Assembly (NCBI RefSeq): GCF_011386835.1
Contig: NC_088802.1
Location: 44,020,001 to 44,084,000 of the forward strand
Source of the DNA: Chrysemys picta bellii
Taxonomy: Eukaryota
Direction: 5' to 3'
DNA length: 64,000 nucleotides
The translations under genes were made by a program, and so were the position numbers. A model generated the notes under the pieces. The model was given only the letters and a program-made list of their open reading frames with translations. It was not told where the DNA came from and ran no database searches. Shown here piece by piece: positions 47,781 through 61,000 of this stretch; position 1 is the first letter of the stretch; the number at the start of each line of letters is the position of its first letter.

Positions 47781-50502
47781 ATGAGGAGTTTCCTTGTCTG
47801 GGCTTGGATTCTTTTCCCAGGTGAGATGAGATTCTTTATGTCAATAGAAATAGACCCGGGAGGCAGACCTGCTCCCACTGGGGCAATAGGAGCTGTGGCT
47901 GCTACACATTCCTGCAATCAGGTCCTCTACCCAAGTGCCTGACATTAGGCACAGGTTTGAACAGATGACAGCAGAGAATGTCCTAGTTTAAAGCCAACCT
48001 GCAGGAATCCCCATGGACCTGGAGAAAATGTCCTACCTAAAAGCCAAAACATTTCAATGCTGCAGTGGGTTGAAGTGGTCTGGAAGATCTCACAAACCAG
48101 GGCCCTTTTAGTACCACAGTTTCTCCATTAAGATAGGGGGAGGAATTACCCCCTAATAATTGTACCCTACCCTGCCACCGATGGCTCCGGAGGATTGTCC
48201 TCTAACTTCTCTTAACACATTTTCCTCTCCTCCCTCAAACCCCATGCGGCAAGTTGTTTTGAGAAGGAATTTCACTGCAGTCAAGTGCTCTGCAGATGGT
48301 AGTAACATCCCCAGTGCAGTCACTTCCAAGTGGGATGCAGACTGGTTATGCACCTATTTTTTGTTTGCTTGCTTTTTAAATACCATTCTAAGGTTGGCTT
48401 TTCAATGTCACACACGTGACGCAGGAGAACAAGTGGCACTGAAAGGCACTGGGACTTGGGCTCCTAAGTCACGTAGACACCTGACAAACCTGACCAATGC
48501 ACTGAGTATTTCTATCTGAAAGGGAACAAAAGGAGAATAATACCATGATTTTTGAGGAGGGGGAGGACAGGGGGGAAGATTAGAAAAGAGCCAAGACACA
48601 TTCACTATGTGTAAACCCACTGCAGCCATCATTCAGATGGACCAGGGCACTCTCACGAGCAAACACTTTAGTCTCCATGGAAATCTCTGTTAGAGGTTGG
48701 CTTTGGGTACCATAGTGGGGAGTGGTGACCTGCAGGTTGGTGGTGGTAACTGAACACCATTGCATACTAATGTGTAAAGGAGTCATATGATCACAGAGAT
48801 GACTGATAAGTGTGATGTCCATTGCCAAACATCAGGTGCCTGGCAGAGTTTGTTTCATACTCAGTTTAGTTTTCTACTTCCTATGTAACATAGGTCCTTG
48901 TGAGCTTGCCTGCTCCCTCCACCCGTCCCAAAAGTTAACTAGAGCAGCAGTGGGTTCCCCTCCATGATGAGAAGTGATGCTAATGTCATAGTTTAGCTGA
49001 TCTCAGCAATGTCAAGGAGGCTCTCCAATACCCTGCCCAGCACTGGAGTGTCTGAGCATATGATAGGAGATTAAGCATTTAGAAGATTTTCAGACTCTCC
49101 TAAACTGGTTTGTCATATCCCCCTCCCCCAATATAATAAAGTTGTGGGAAAGCTAAGTCAGGGAATCCTCTGTGGCATTCTCAGGTTCACTGTCCCAGAC
49201 GAGAAAGCGCAGTGTTTTAGAAGGACACTAACACAGAAAGCAGAACGGGGATTTTTAATGTTTCTCTTTGGCTTTGTGTGGGGGTGGGGAGAGGAGATGA
49301 AGTCGCAAATGATTCCATCTCCCCACTACCCCACACTGGGAACAAATCGCCTTACATCTATTGGCTATTCATCCTAGTCTTAAGCCCCACCTCCTGCATT
49401 ACCAGAGCATGAGTTTCTCAAATGCAACCACCATGACTGCATGTGGCCGCCAGGGGCTTTTCGTGCAGCCACAGCCTCCTCGGTGGTGGCCGGGTGGGAG
49501 GGAGGGGGACGAAAGCAATGTTAATCATACAGATATCACTTTCCACGGAAACAGACTTACTAGTTGGCAAGTCTTAAAAAAAGCAACCAACCAAACGACA
49601 AAAGACAAGAACATGCAAAGCACCTGTTTTGTTTCTATTCTATTTAAGTCCAGTAAAGAATAGAGACAACTGTACATTATTTTTATTATTGAGTCTGCAA
49701 TAAAAATCTACCCAAATGAATTACAATGATTTGGACATAAATATGTGAATATTTATTTCTTTTTCCTAAAGTTTATTAAGTACTTTAGGAAAAAGTGTCA
49801 GGACGGCCACCAGTGAATTGGTGGCTGCACTCAGAGGCCACCAAAACATTTCTTGTGAGACCTATCCTCCCAACACCCCTGTGAGACAGGAAAGCACCAT
49901 TATCCCCAAGGGAACTGAAGCAGAGAGAGGTGAAGAAACTTGCCCAGGTCACACAAAGAGTCTGTGGTGGACTGGGAACTTGGACCCAGATCTCCTAAGG
50001 CCCAGGCTATCAGCTCTCACCACCTTACATCCACCACAAAGCAGCCTTCTCCTTCCACACAGGAATATCCATGCACAAAAGCTTGGTATGGCTAACTAGT
50101 TCTGAACTTTGTTTCTTTGTCACTGGTTTTTGCTCAGCAGGAAAGCAATGAAAGCAATTTTGTCTTTTGCAGGCTGTTGGGCTCTGTCCGGCCCTAGGGA
50201 GGTGAGCGGCCCTTTGGGAGGGTCGGTGTCTGTGCAGTGTCAGTACGATGGGGGGTACCAGAACTATAAGAAATACTGGTGCAAAGGAAAAGACTGGTTA
50301 TCCTGCTCCATAGCTGTTCAGACCATCAGTTCAGAGGCCGAGGTGGTAGGGGACAGAGTCTCCATCCAAGACAATCACACGCAGTTCACGTTCACTGTGA
50401 CCATGCGGAGCCTGGCAGTGGGCGACCAGGATATTTACTGGTGTGGGATAGAGAAGAGCGGCTATGACAAGATGTTTGCTGTCAACGTGTCTGTTTTCCC
50501 AG
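47781..50502 (+). CDS. CD300-like cassette C: leader + IgV, partial duplicate of gene D lacking stalk/TM
   Basis: Leader 47781-47820 (MRSFLVWAWILFP-G, cag|gtgag) and IgV 50173-50502 are intact and in frame. The duplication ends at ~51386, before the stalk exon. Confidence 0.82.
50173..50502 (+). CDS. IgV exon C
   Basis: Acceptor ttttgcag, donor cag|gtaag, 330 nt. VSVQCQY...KYWCKGKDWLSC...DIYWCGIEKSGYD (cf. CD300LF YWCGIEKTG). Confidence 0.93.
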
Positions 50503-52370
50503 GTAAGTCCTTTAAGTGTGGGACGTGTTGTGCCAGTCACCCAGCACCGTGAGCAGTATGGCTGCTGCTAAGCTAGGAGTCAGCACCCTGCAACACCAGC
50601 TTGTCTACCCACCCAGCACACTCCTGAGGACTCTGCCAGTCCAAACCTTGCCTGGCAGGTAGCAATCAGTGAACCGCAATTCCCGAGTTCCCAGAGATGG
50701 TTCTTTGCAGCCGCCAGGTCCTCTCACTGGACACTCACAGAAAAGTTATTGCGTTTGCTGGCTCCAAAGAGACAGAACACACACCAGCCTGTTAGTTTAG
50801 CTGAGGACTTCACCTCTCAGTTTAATACACAGCCCTGTGCTGGTTTTGTAATAAAACCAGAGTAGCTTTGTTAACAAAGAACAGATATGTAGGTGATATA
50901 AGGAAGAACAGAAGATGCAGAGATGGTTACAAGTAAAACAAAAACAAAACAAAACACTTTCTAGTGACAAACTTAATTCAGCAAGTTACAATCTTTGTCT
51001 AAGCAGGTTTCTCACCTATAGTCAGTTCCCAGAGACATCAACCCCCTTGGGTGAAGGATTCACCTTTGTCCGATTACCAGAGCTCTGGTCTCTTGTGTCC
51101 CATGAGTGATGGATGCCAAAATGCCTTTCTGCTTATATTTCCCAAAGTCTATAGTCTCTGTTTCAAGTGGTAGGAAGGTGTCCCAGGGGTGCAGGCTCCA
51201 TCCACACTCATGATTGTTAAGATGTCTCCACCCTCTGACCCTCCAGTCCCTCATTAAGCTTGATGGTGCATTGTTTACCTTATTTGTAGATGTACCCTCC
51301 ATTGTCCTCTGAGGTGTCACCTACCTTAGTTCAGATTGGAGACACAAACAATATTCCTTTGTCTGGGACAGGCTGGGCTTATGCACAGCATAGCACGCTA
51401 GATCTGTTGCTTCACAGGTGAGAGGAGACGCCAAGCTGGTCAAAATGGCTGTAGCAGACACTCACCACTAGCCACAGGTCTCTTCTCGGGGGTGGGGGGG
51501 GGGGTGGGATGGGTGTAGTGTTTAAGTTAATAAAATGGAAGCTCATTTACTTCGAGTAGATCTTTTCAGCAAGTGTGCCCGGCTGAAAGGGGGAGATCTG
51601 AGGTACATCTAGAAAATAAGGGAATTTTAGCATCAGCAACATCTGGAACGGAGGATTTGTTCATCTGCTTTTCATTCTTCTACCTGAAGGTATGCAATTA
51701 AAAAGCTCCGTCACAGGCCCTAGACCTCTGAGAGCGCCAACATTCGGTGCAGTATAGAAGAGCAGAAACACTGACATTATGCCACCATTAGGTTTCAGAA
51801 TTAACAGCTGATTCCAATCAATGTGGCAGCTCACCTGTGAGCTTTTCTTTCAGGCTGCCGTCTCACACTGCTGCGTCAGTTTATACTTTGGCTCATGTTT
51901 TCAAAGGTTCTCTACAACCATAAAGGCTGGAAATAGGAAGGGTTTTCTATTTTAAATGAAAGTTTAGATTCTAGAATATGGGTTGGTGAGAAGGAACAGC
52001 AGGTGCAGAATAATAGTGGGCCCTGCTTATAGGAATGAAATGTGATATAGGTAGGCTAGACTGGCCTACCTAGGTGGCATGTTCAGCGCTTCTCCAATTA
52101 GAAGGGAAAACTCCTTTGTGTTTGGTTTTGTTTTGGGGTTGTTGTTCTGGTTTTGAAAAAGGAATTTTGTGGCTAATGCATCTAATTCAGAAAGTACTGA
52201 CCTTGCATTTCACACAACCACACTACTTCCCACTAACAAATACAGCCCTAGATTTCTAGAACTCGACACTTTTCTGGTGGAATTTGAGTTCCTTCTTTGG
52301 TGCACCAGAATGAACTCAACATGTAATTTCTGCACTATACTAACCTAAAGTCTCCAGTGGAGTAGGTAAG

Positions 52371-53449
52371 TGTGACAGTCTGTACCCTTATGTTCACCAT
52401 TTTTTGCAAGACAATGATCATTTTTGTACAAAGTATGCTTTGCAAGGTATCGTTTGCAAGCTCATAATCTGCTGATCATCAAATAAAATATGGGTGGCAA
52501 CATTGTATGTAAAGTTACAAGATTCTACTGCATAACATTCCTGAGACATGTTCCAAGTTGAGAAAAGCAGGCACAAGCCAGTTCCTCACAGACAAAAGAC
52601 AAATTGATGCCTCGGCCAGTTGTCAACAAAATCATATGACCTCTTCTTCTTTGGCAGGAAGAAGGATGTGAGTGAGAAATCTACATTTTGATAAACAAAC
52701 AGCCGGGGTTTCCTGTCTCCTCGGACCTTATTTCCTGAATCTCAGCTGAAGATGAATTCTTGCAAAAGAGAAATGGCTATAAGAGGAGAAGGCAAATGCC
52801 CCAAAGGTTTTCTTCCTCCTGTTCTCTCTGCTATACCTGAAGGACAAGGGAAGGAGCACTGGGCGGGAGGAGAAGTCCTGGCTGAAAGGTATCCAGCCAG
52901 TAAGACTTAAAAAGCATGTGATGAGAGAAAGCTTTGCTTTGAATTCATTTAGCCTAGTCAGTTAGGTATTAGTTGTGTTTTGCCTTTTATTTCTTTGTAA
53001 CCAATTCTGACATTTATGTCTCATTACTTGTGATCACTTACGCTCTTTCCTTCTGCAGTCAATAAACGTGTTCTATCTAAACCAGCGTGTTTGGACTGAA
53101 GTGTTTGGGAAACTCCATTTGGGGTGACAGGATTTGTGCATAGCATTTTCTATTGATGAATGATGGACTTTATATGAGCTTGTATTGTCCAGGAGGTGCG
53201 CTGGGAAGTGCAAGACACATTTCTGGGGGAGATTCTGGGACTGGGAGTTTGCTGGTGTTGCCCTGCAGTGTAAATCATGAGTGGCTGGCATAGCACTCAT
53301 ATAATATAACTGGGAGTGAGTTGCATGCTGGAGGCCGGGTGTGAGCAAACCAGGAGCGGTTGCTCTCACAGTGAAGCAGTTTAAAAGGCGCCCCAGGTTG
53401 GAGAATTGAGGGAACACAGCAGTTCAGGCTGTACCTGGGGAATGTCACA
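52371..53449. mobile_element. Solo LTR (ERV/Gypsy-like), 1079 bp
   Basis: TGTGACA...TGTCACA termini, 5-bp TSD gtaag (52366-52370 / 53450-53454), internal AATAAA. The 3' half is also in copy 1 (~45725-46231). Confidence 0.8.
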
Positions 53450-54834
53450 GTAAGGGAGAATTTTCATAAGCACAGTTGATGTGTGGGGCTGCAACCAGAT
53501 TATCAGCCCAGCATTGGGCAACAGCTGGAGTTCTAGTGCATGTAGGTGTACAGGCATTAGGCAGTATCCCTTTAAATAATGGGGAGACCTCACATGGGCC
53601 TCCCTGTCTTCTCTAACAGAAGTGTATACATGTAGCTAGATGTTGTATATAGCTAGTAAACACATGGTTGTTTGGGACCCAACTGTGTTCATGTGGTTTC
53701 CTCTTATTTTTAATGTGTTGAGAGCAAAGACAACAGTGAGGCACTAATACTATGGTGGTTAATGTGGTTTAAGTAGAGTCAGTTCCTCGACTGTGTCCTC
53801 TACCTTTGGTTACAGAGCAGGAGACAGAGATGTTCCTGTACGATATCGTTACAATGAAGTTCTGAACACTTAAGCTACAGGGAGAGATACACCACTAGAG
53901 AGGGCCAGGAAATTATCCCCCCTGCACAAACAATGTTGCAAAAACAGAAATTCTCATTTTTTGTTGAAATGTTTGATCTTTTCACCAAAATAAAGCCCCC
54001 CAAACACTCAGCTCCTGACCATGGAAAATTTCTATATTTTTATGAAAACCCAAACAATTGTGATGAAAACGGAAATGTATTGAAAAAATTCTATCCGCTC
54101 AAAAAGCCATTTTCCATCAACGAAGCTTTTCGATAGAAGATTTATGACCCTTCTGTCTCTGCAGATATTCCTCCCTGCCTTGCTAGGTGGGCCCCATCTC
54201 TGCTCAGCTCTCCTGCTTCTCAGAGCAGCATCCCACAGTTGAGAAAGCTGAAGCCCCCCGGTGACCCCATGTGCGCAGCCAGGCATTCACCTCCATTCAC
54301 TTCTCACATTCTAATCACTAGGCAAATGTGATGACTGGTTTGCTGGAGTAGAAGTGAAAGCCGAGTCCAGGCTATTAAGAATATAGTGAAGACGGCTTAT
54401 TTGTAGTGGCTCTGTTGACTGATAGTACATTTGCCTTCTCCCTATATTGAGTCTGAACCTAATAGGTCTAAGCAGCCTCTGCACTGGGTACCTTCAACTC
54501 CCACAGACTAACAGGAATTGAAGGTGCTGAGCTGAGCACCCCACAGGATCAGGCCCATATTTCTAGGTTCTTGGGGGGGTTATTAAATCTAAAAGCATCC
54601 ACCCGCTTTGTATCTCGTTTTAGGCATTGGGTAGCCCCAGTAACTTGTGCTTTGGGGGCACGTTGAGATGTTCCATGCTGGGAGGGGTGCAGGAGTTACG
54701 AATTAGACTTTGACTGGACTGTGAAACAGAAACGTCAGACGGATCTGGTTCCCTCTAAATAAAGGCGGTTGAAATGACACATTCTAAAAAAGCCACCCCC
54801 ACAGAATGAGACCACTCAGCTGCCACAAGTTCAG

Positions 54835-54847
54835 GAGGAAGTGAAAC
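54835..54847 (+). promoter_or_regulatory. PU.1/IRF composite element upstream of leader D
   Basis: Identical to the copy at 47616. Confidence 0.55.
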
Positions 54848-55003
54848 AGTCAAGAGAAAGGAAGTCCGAAACAAAATCCATTTGTCAGTATGTTTTAGAT
54901 TCGAGAAAACACAGAGCCCTGCCTTCATTGAGACCGCACCGGAAATGCAGATAGCTACCTACAGTCCACATTCTGCTGTCTGAAGAAAGAACCAGGCGAG
55001 ACC

Positions 55004-58000
55004 ATGCGGAGTTTCCTTGTCTGGGCTTGGATTCTTTTCCCAGGTGAGACGGGATTCTTTATGTCAATAGAAATAGACCCGGGAGGCAGACCTGCTCCCA
55101 CTGGGGCAATAGGAGCTGTGGCTGCTACGCATTTCTGCAGTCAGGTCCTCTACCCAAGTGCCTGACATTAGGCACAGGTTTGAACAGATGACAGCAGAGA
55201 ATGTCCTAGTTTAAAGCCAACCTGCAGGAATCCCCATGGACCTGGAGAAAATGTCCTACCTAAAAGCCAAAACAGTTCAATGCTGCAGTGGGTTGAAGTG
55301 GTCTGGAAGATCTCACAAACCAGGGCCCTTTTAGTACCACAGTTTCTCCATTGAGATAGGGGGAGGAATTACCACCTAATAATTGTACCCTACCCTGCCA
55401 CCAATGGCTCCGGAGGATTGTCCTCTAACTTCTCTTAACACATTTTCCTCTCCTCCCTCAAACCGCATTCGGCAAGTTGTTTTGAGAAGGAATTTCACTG
55501 CAGTCAAATGCTCTGCAGATGGTAGTAACATCCCCAGTGCAGTCACTTCCAAGGGGGATGCAGACTGGTTATGCACCTATTTTTTGTTTGCTTGCTTTTT
55601 AAATAGCATTCTAAGGTTGGGTTTTCAATGTCACATATGTGACACAGGAGAACAAGTGGCATTGAAAGGCTCTGGGACCTGGGCTCCTATGTCACTTAGA
55701 CACCTGACAAACCTGACCAATGCAGTGAGTATTTCTATCTGAAAAGGCACAAAAGGAGAACAATACCATGATTTGGGGGGGGTGGGAGGACAGGGGAGAG
55801 ATTAGAAAAGAGCCAAGACACACTCACCGTGTGTAAAACTACTGCAGCCATCATTCAGATGGACCAGGGCACTCTCACAAGCAAACACTTTAGTCTCCGT
55901 GGAAATCTCTTAGAGGTTGGCTTTGGGTACCATACTGGGGAGCGGTGACCTGCAGTTTGGTGGTGGTAACTGAAAACCATTGCATACTAATATGTAAATG
56001 ATTCATTTGATCACAGAGATGACTGACAAGTGTGATGCCCATTGCCAAGCATCAGGTGCCCAACAGAGTTTGTTTCATAGTCAGTTTAGTCTTCTACTTT
56101 CTATGTAACATAGGTCCTTGTGAGCTTGCCTGCTCCCTCCACCCATCCCAAAGGTTAACTAGGGCAGCAGTGGGTTCCCCTCCATGATCAGAAGTGATGT
56201 TAAAGCCATAGTTTAGCTGATCTCAGCAATGTCAAGGAGGCTCTCCAATACCCTGCCCACAGGAGTGTCTGAGCACGTGAAAGGAGATAAAGCATGTAGA
56301 AGATTTTCAGACTCTCCTAAATTGGTTAGTCATTCCCCCCGCTCATATAATAAAGTTGTGGGAAAGCTAAGTCAGGGAATCGTCTGTGGCATTCTCAGGT
56401 TCACGGTGCTACATGAGCAGGCGCTGTATTTTAGAAGGACACTAACAGAGAAAGCAGAAGGGGGATTTTTTATGTTTCTCTTTGGCTTTGGCTTTCTGTG
56501 GGGGTGGAGAGAGGAGGTGACGTCCCAGATGATTCCATCTCCCCACTACCCCACACTGGGAACAAATCGCCTTACATCTATTGGCTATTCATCATAATCT
56601 TAAGCCCCACCTCCTGCATTACTGGAGCAGGTGGTTCTCAAATGCGGCCACCACGGCCACATGTGGCCACAAGGGGCTTTTCATGCAGCCACGGCCTCCT
56701 GGGCGGTGGCCGGGTGGGAGGGAGGGGGACGAAAGCAGTGTTAACAAACATACAGATATCACTTTCCACGGAAACAGACTTACTAGCTGGGAAGTCCTAA
56801 AAAATGCAACGAAACAAGCAAAAGAAACAACAACAAAAGACAAGAACATGCAAAGCACCTGTTTTGTTTCTATTCTATTTAGATCCAGTAAAGAATAGAG
56901 ACAACTGTACATTATTTTTATTATTGAGTCTGCAATAAAAACCTCCCTAAATGAATTACAATGATTTGGACATGGATATGTGAATATTTATTTTTCCTAA
57001 AGTTGATTAAGTACTTTAGGAAAAAGTGTCAGGACGGCCACCAGCAAATTGGTGGCTGCATTCAGAGGCCACCAAAACATTTCTTGTGAGACCTATCCTC
57101 CCAACACCCCTGTGAGGCAGGAAAGCCCCATTACCTAAGGCCCAGGCTATCAGCTTTCACCACCTTACATCCACCACAAAGCAGCCGTCTCCTTCCACAC
57201 AGGAATATCCATGCACAAAAGCTTGGTATGGCTAACTAGTTCTGAACTTTGTCTCTTTGTCACTGGTTTTTGCTCAGCAGGAAAGCAATGAAAGCAATTT
57301 TGTCTTTTGCAGGCTGTTGGGCTCTGACCGGCCCTAGGGAGGCGAGCGGTCCCTTGGGAGGGTCGGTGTCTGTGCAGTGTCAGTACGATGGGGGGTACCA
57401 GAACTATAAGAAATACTGGTGCAGAGGAAAAGACTGGTCATCTTGCTCCATGGCTGTTTGGACCATAAGTTCAGAGGCAGAGGTGGTAAAGGACAGAGTC
57501 TCCATCCAAGACAATCACACGCAGTTCACTTTCACTGTGACCATGCGGAGCCTGGCACTGGGCGACCAGGATATTTACTGGTGTGGGATAGAGAAGAGCG
57601 GCTTTGACAAGATGTTTGCTGTCAACGTGTCTGTTTTCCCAGGTAAGTCCTTTAAGTGTGGGACGTGTTGTGCCAGTCACCCAGCACCGTGAGCAGTGTG
57701 GCTGCTGCTAAGGTAGGAGTCAGCACCCTGCAACACCAGCTTGTCTACCCACCCAGCACACTCCTGAGGACTCTGCCAGTCCAAACCTTGCCTGGCAGGT
57801 AGCAATCAGTGAACCGCAATTCCCGAGTTCCCAGAGATGGGTCTTTGCAGCCGCCAGGCCCTCTCCGTGGACACTCACAGAAAAGTTATTGCGTTTGCTG
57901 GCTCCAAAGAGACAGAACACACACCAGCCTGTTAGTTTAGCTGAGGACTTCACCTCTCAGTTTAATACACAGCCCTGTGCTGGTTTTGTAATAAAACGAG

Positions 58001-61000
58001 AGTAGCTTTGTTAACAAAGAACAGATATGTAGGTGATATAAGGAAGAACAGAAGACAAGTAAAACAAAACAAAAACACGCTTTCTAGTGACTGAAACTTA
58101 ATTCAGCAAGTTACAATCTTTGTCTAAGAAGGTTTCTCACCTATAGTCAGTTCCCAGAGACATCAACCCTCTTGGCTGAAGGATCCACCTTTGTCCGATT
58201 ACCAAAGCTCTGGCCTCTTGTGTCCCATGAGTGATGGATGCCAAAATGCCTTTCTGCTTATATTTCCCAAAGTCTATATTCTCTGTTTCAAGTGGTAGGA
58301 AGGTGTCCCAGGGGTGCAGGCTCCATCCACACTCATGATTGTTAAGCTGTCTCCACCCCCCACCCCCCGCCAGTCCCTTGTTAAGCTTGATGGTGCATTG
58401 GTTACCTTATATGTAGATGTACTTTCCATTGTCGTCTGCGGTACCACCTAGCTTAGTTCAGATTGGAGACACAAACAACATACCTTTCTCTGGGACAGGC
58501 TGGGCTTATGCACGGGTTGCAAACCACCTTTTAAGAACATATTTTTCAGCACATGTCTATAGTTCTTTATACACTGCCTATACCTCCAGCACGCAATAAT
58601 ATTAACGAGCAGTGTGTTACCAGTTTGCATAGGATACCATATATGACAGAGTCCAGAGACAGATTCTGACAACAGTGTGTTGGGGCAATGAGTGTGTCGT
58701 GCCTGACATGAATTATGGCCTGAGGTTCCCTGTGCCAGATGGGACTGAGGGGCTCCCTGGGTCACAAGTGGCTCTTGTCTTGACCAAGGACACGTATTTG
58801 ATGAATAGAGGGGTCTTATCCAGACATGAACTATCCAACTCTGTTAATCTTCTGTCACCCCCTTCACAACATTGGGAAACTCACACTTGTTTCCTAGGTT
58901 TTCCCAGGCAACTGATTCCCCGCACCCCACCACCACCACCACCCCATCCCTCATGCAGGAGAGGGAATTAGTGCTGGAGGATGCAGCCTCACATTACATC
59001 TGCCAGTTCTTACTCGGGCAAAACTCCCATTGAAATTCATGCAGAGTCTGCCTGAGTGAGGACTGCGGGATCAGATGAACAGTTAGACCCAGGATCAATA
59101 CAGGCCCAGGGAGGTGGGACGGAGGGGAGATAAGCGAGTAGTTTTAAATGCCACTGATTTGCAAATATTTGTGCAAAGTAAGGGGACGGAAAAAGAGACT
59201 TTGCTATGAATGAATTATTCATGAATATTTGGCTGCCACCTGGATACTTATGACAAAAGTTATCAATCCTAAACAAGTTTCATGACTTTTAGCAGAGATG
59301 CTTGTTAGTCCCAAAAGTCACATTTTACAGGAATTCTTCACTATTTGTTATTAGCTAGTCTCACACTGAGAATTGTTAAAGTCATCCACTGAGAAGGTAG
59401 GGGTAGAGCTATTCCTGAGGTCTGTGTTAGGTAGGTTATAAAATAAATAAAGGCGTCCATTCAGTCCTACAGTGAACAGTGCAATCTCCACCAGCGGGTA
59501 TCTGAATGGAGTGGAGAAGAACATGGACTGAGATGTAGGTGCAGAGGGAAAGGGAGGAGAAGCCAGGGCCTGTCTGCAGGAATTTCCTTTCACCATAGTA
59601 TCTTTTCCTTCAATAAAAGCTTCGCTGGTTTTCCATTGCTAACCCTATTCCGTGATCAGTGACTGAGAAATGGACCATAATAAAATACTCCAGAGCTCCA
59701 AGATACAGCAAAGAGGAAAAAAGATACAGCAACATCAGCAGCAGAACAAGGAGATAGCCAGTGCATTTTAAAGGCAATAAATCTATGTCTGATAAGAGGG
59801 GAATGTAGTCTCCATAATACATAATTAACCCGTGGAACTCACTGCCACAAGATATTGAGGTCGAGAGTCTAGCAGGATTCAACCTTCTTATGAATAATTA
59901 AGCTATCCAGTCACCCTGGGTAAGGACAGAATTATGTCCAAGGGCTTCAAAGACAGAATCAGCCACGAAGTGACGAGAGTTAGGAGTAAGTGCCCATATG
60001 GTTATGCTATTTCAAAATTGTCCATAATGGGGTTTCTTGCACCTTTTTCTGAAGCATCTGGTATTGGCCACTGTCTGACAGGCTCCCTAGCTAGATGGAC
60101 AGTTTATTTGACTCAGTATGCTGATTCCCATGTTCCTATCTAGATGGATGTCTCAATGGAGTGGGGAAGAATATGGACGGAGATTCATAGATTCATAGAT
60201 TCTAGGACTGGAAGGGACCTCGAGAGGTCATCGAGTCCAGTCCCCTGCCTGCATGGCAGGACCAAATACTGTCTAGATGGAGGTACAGAGGGAAGGGGAG
60301 GAGAAGCCAGGGGCTATCTGCTCACTTGTGGGCCAATAATGCAGGATGAGCCATTTAAACACCATGTGCTCATGTCAGAATAGTTGTGTCTCATTTCCTA
60401 CCTCTGCTGCCATCATTGATCCCTGCAGAGGAAGCCAAGTCTTGTTCATTTTCCCCAGACCCTCAATATTGTTGGAGTTCCCCCAAAACCTCTTCCATTT
60501 AGTTCCCCCAAGAACTCAGTCCGACTCCTATCTCGTCCCTCAGGTTCCTTTATTTGATATATAGCAAATCTACCTTATCTCACTGGGGGCCATCAGCAGT
60601 TGAAGTAGGATCAGGGCCGGCTCTGGTTTTTTTGCCGCCCTAAGCAAAAAAGCCACCCGCCGCCCCCCCTCCCAGCGCGGCAGGGGAGGGCGCCGAGCCC
60701 GGCTGCGGGCCCGCAATCCCCGACCGGCCGGAGTGCCGGGGGGAGGGCAGAGAGCCCCCGGCGGCCAGAGCACCAGCGGGAGGGCGGAGAGCCCGGCTGG
60801 GGCTCTCCGGTCTCCCCGGCGGCCAGTGTGCCGGGGGGAGGGCGGCGAGCCCTCTGTGGCTCCGCTCTCCCCGGCGGCCGGAGCGCCGCGGGGAGGGCGG
60901 CGAGCCCAGTCAAGGCCCTGCTCTCGGGCCGGAGCGCCCCGCCACGCCGCCCCCCTCCAGGTGCCGCCCCAAGCACATGCTTGGTGGGCTGGTGCCTGGA

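Larger units (their letters stand above)
45489..58513 (+). repeat. Tandem segmental duplication: copy 1 45489-51386, copy 2 51389-58513
   Basis: Colinear matches throughout (e.g. ctagatctgttgcttcacaggtgag at ~45498 and ~51398). Copy 1 lacks the ~1.3 kb at 51653-52945; copy 2 lacks part of a MIR-like element near 57135. Confidence 0.93.
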
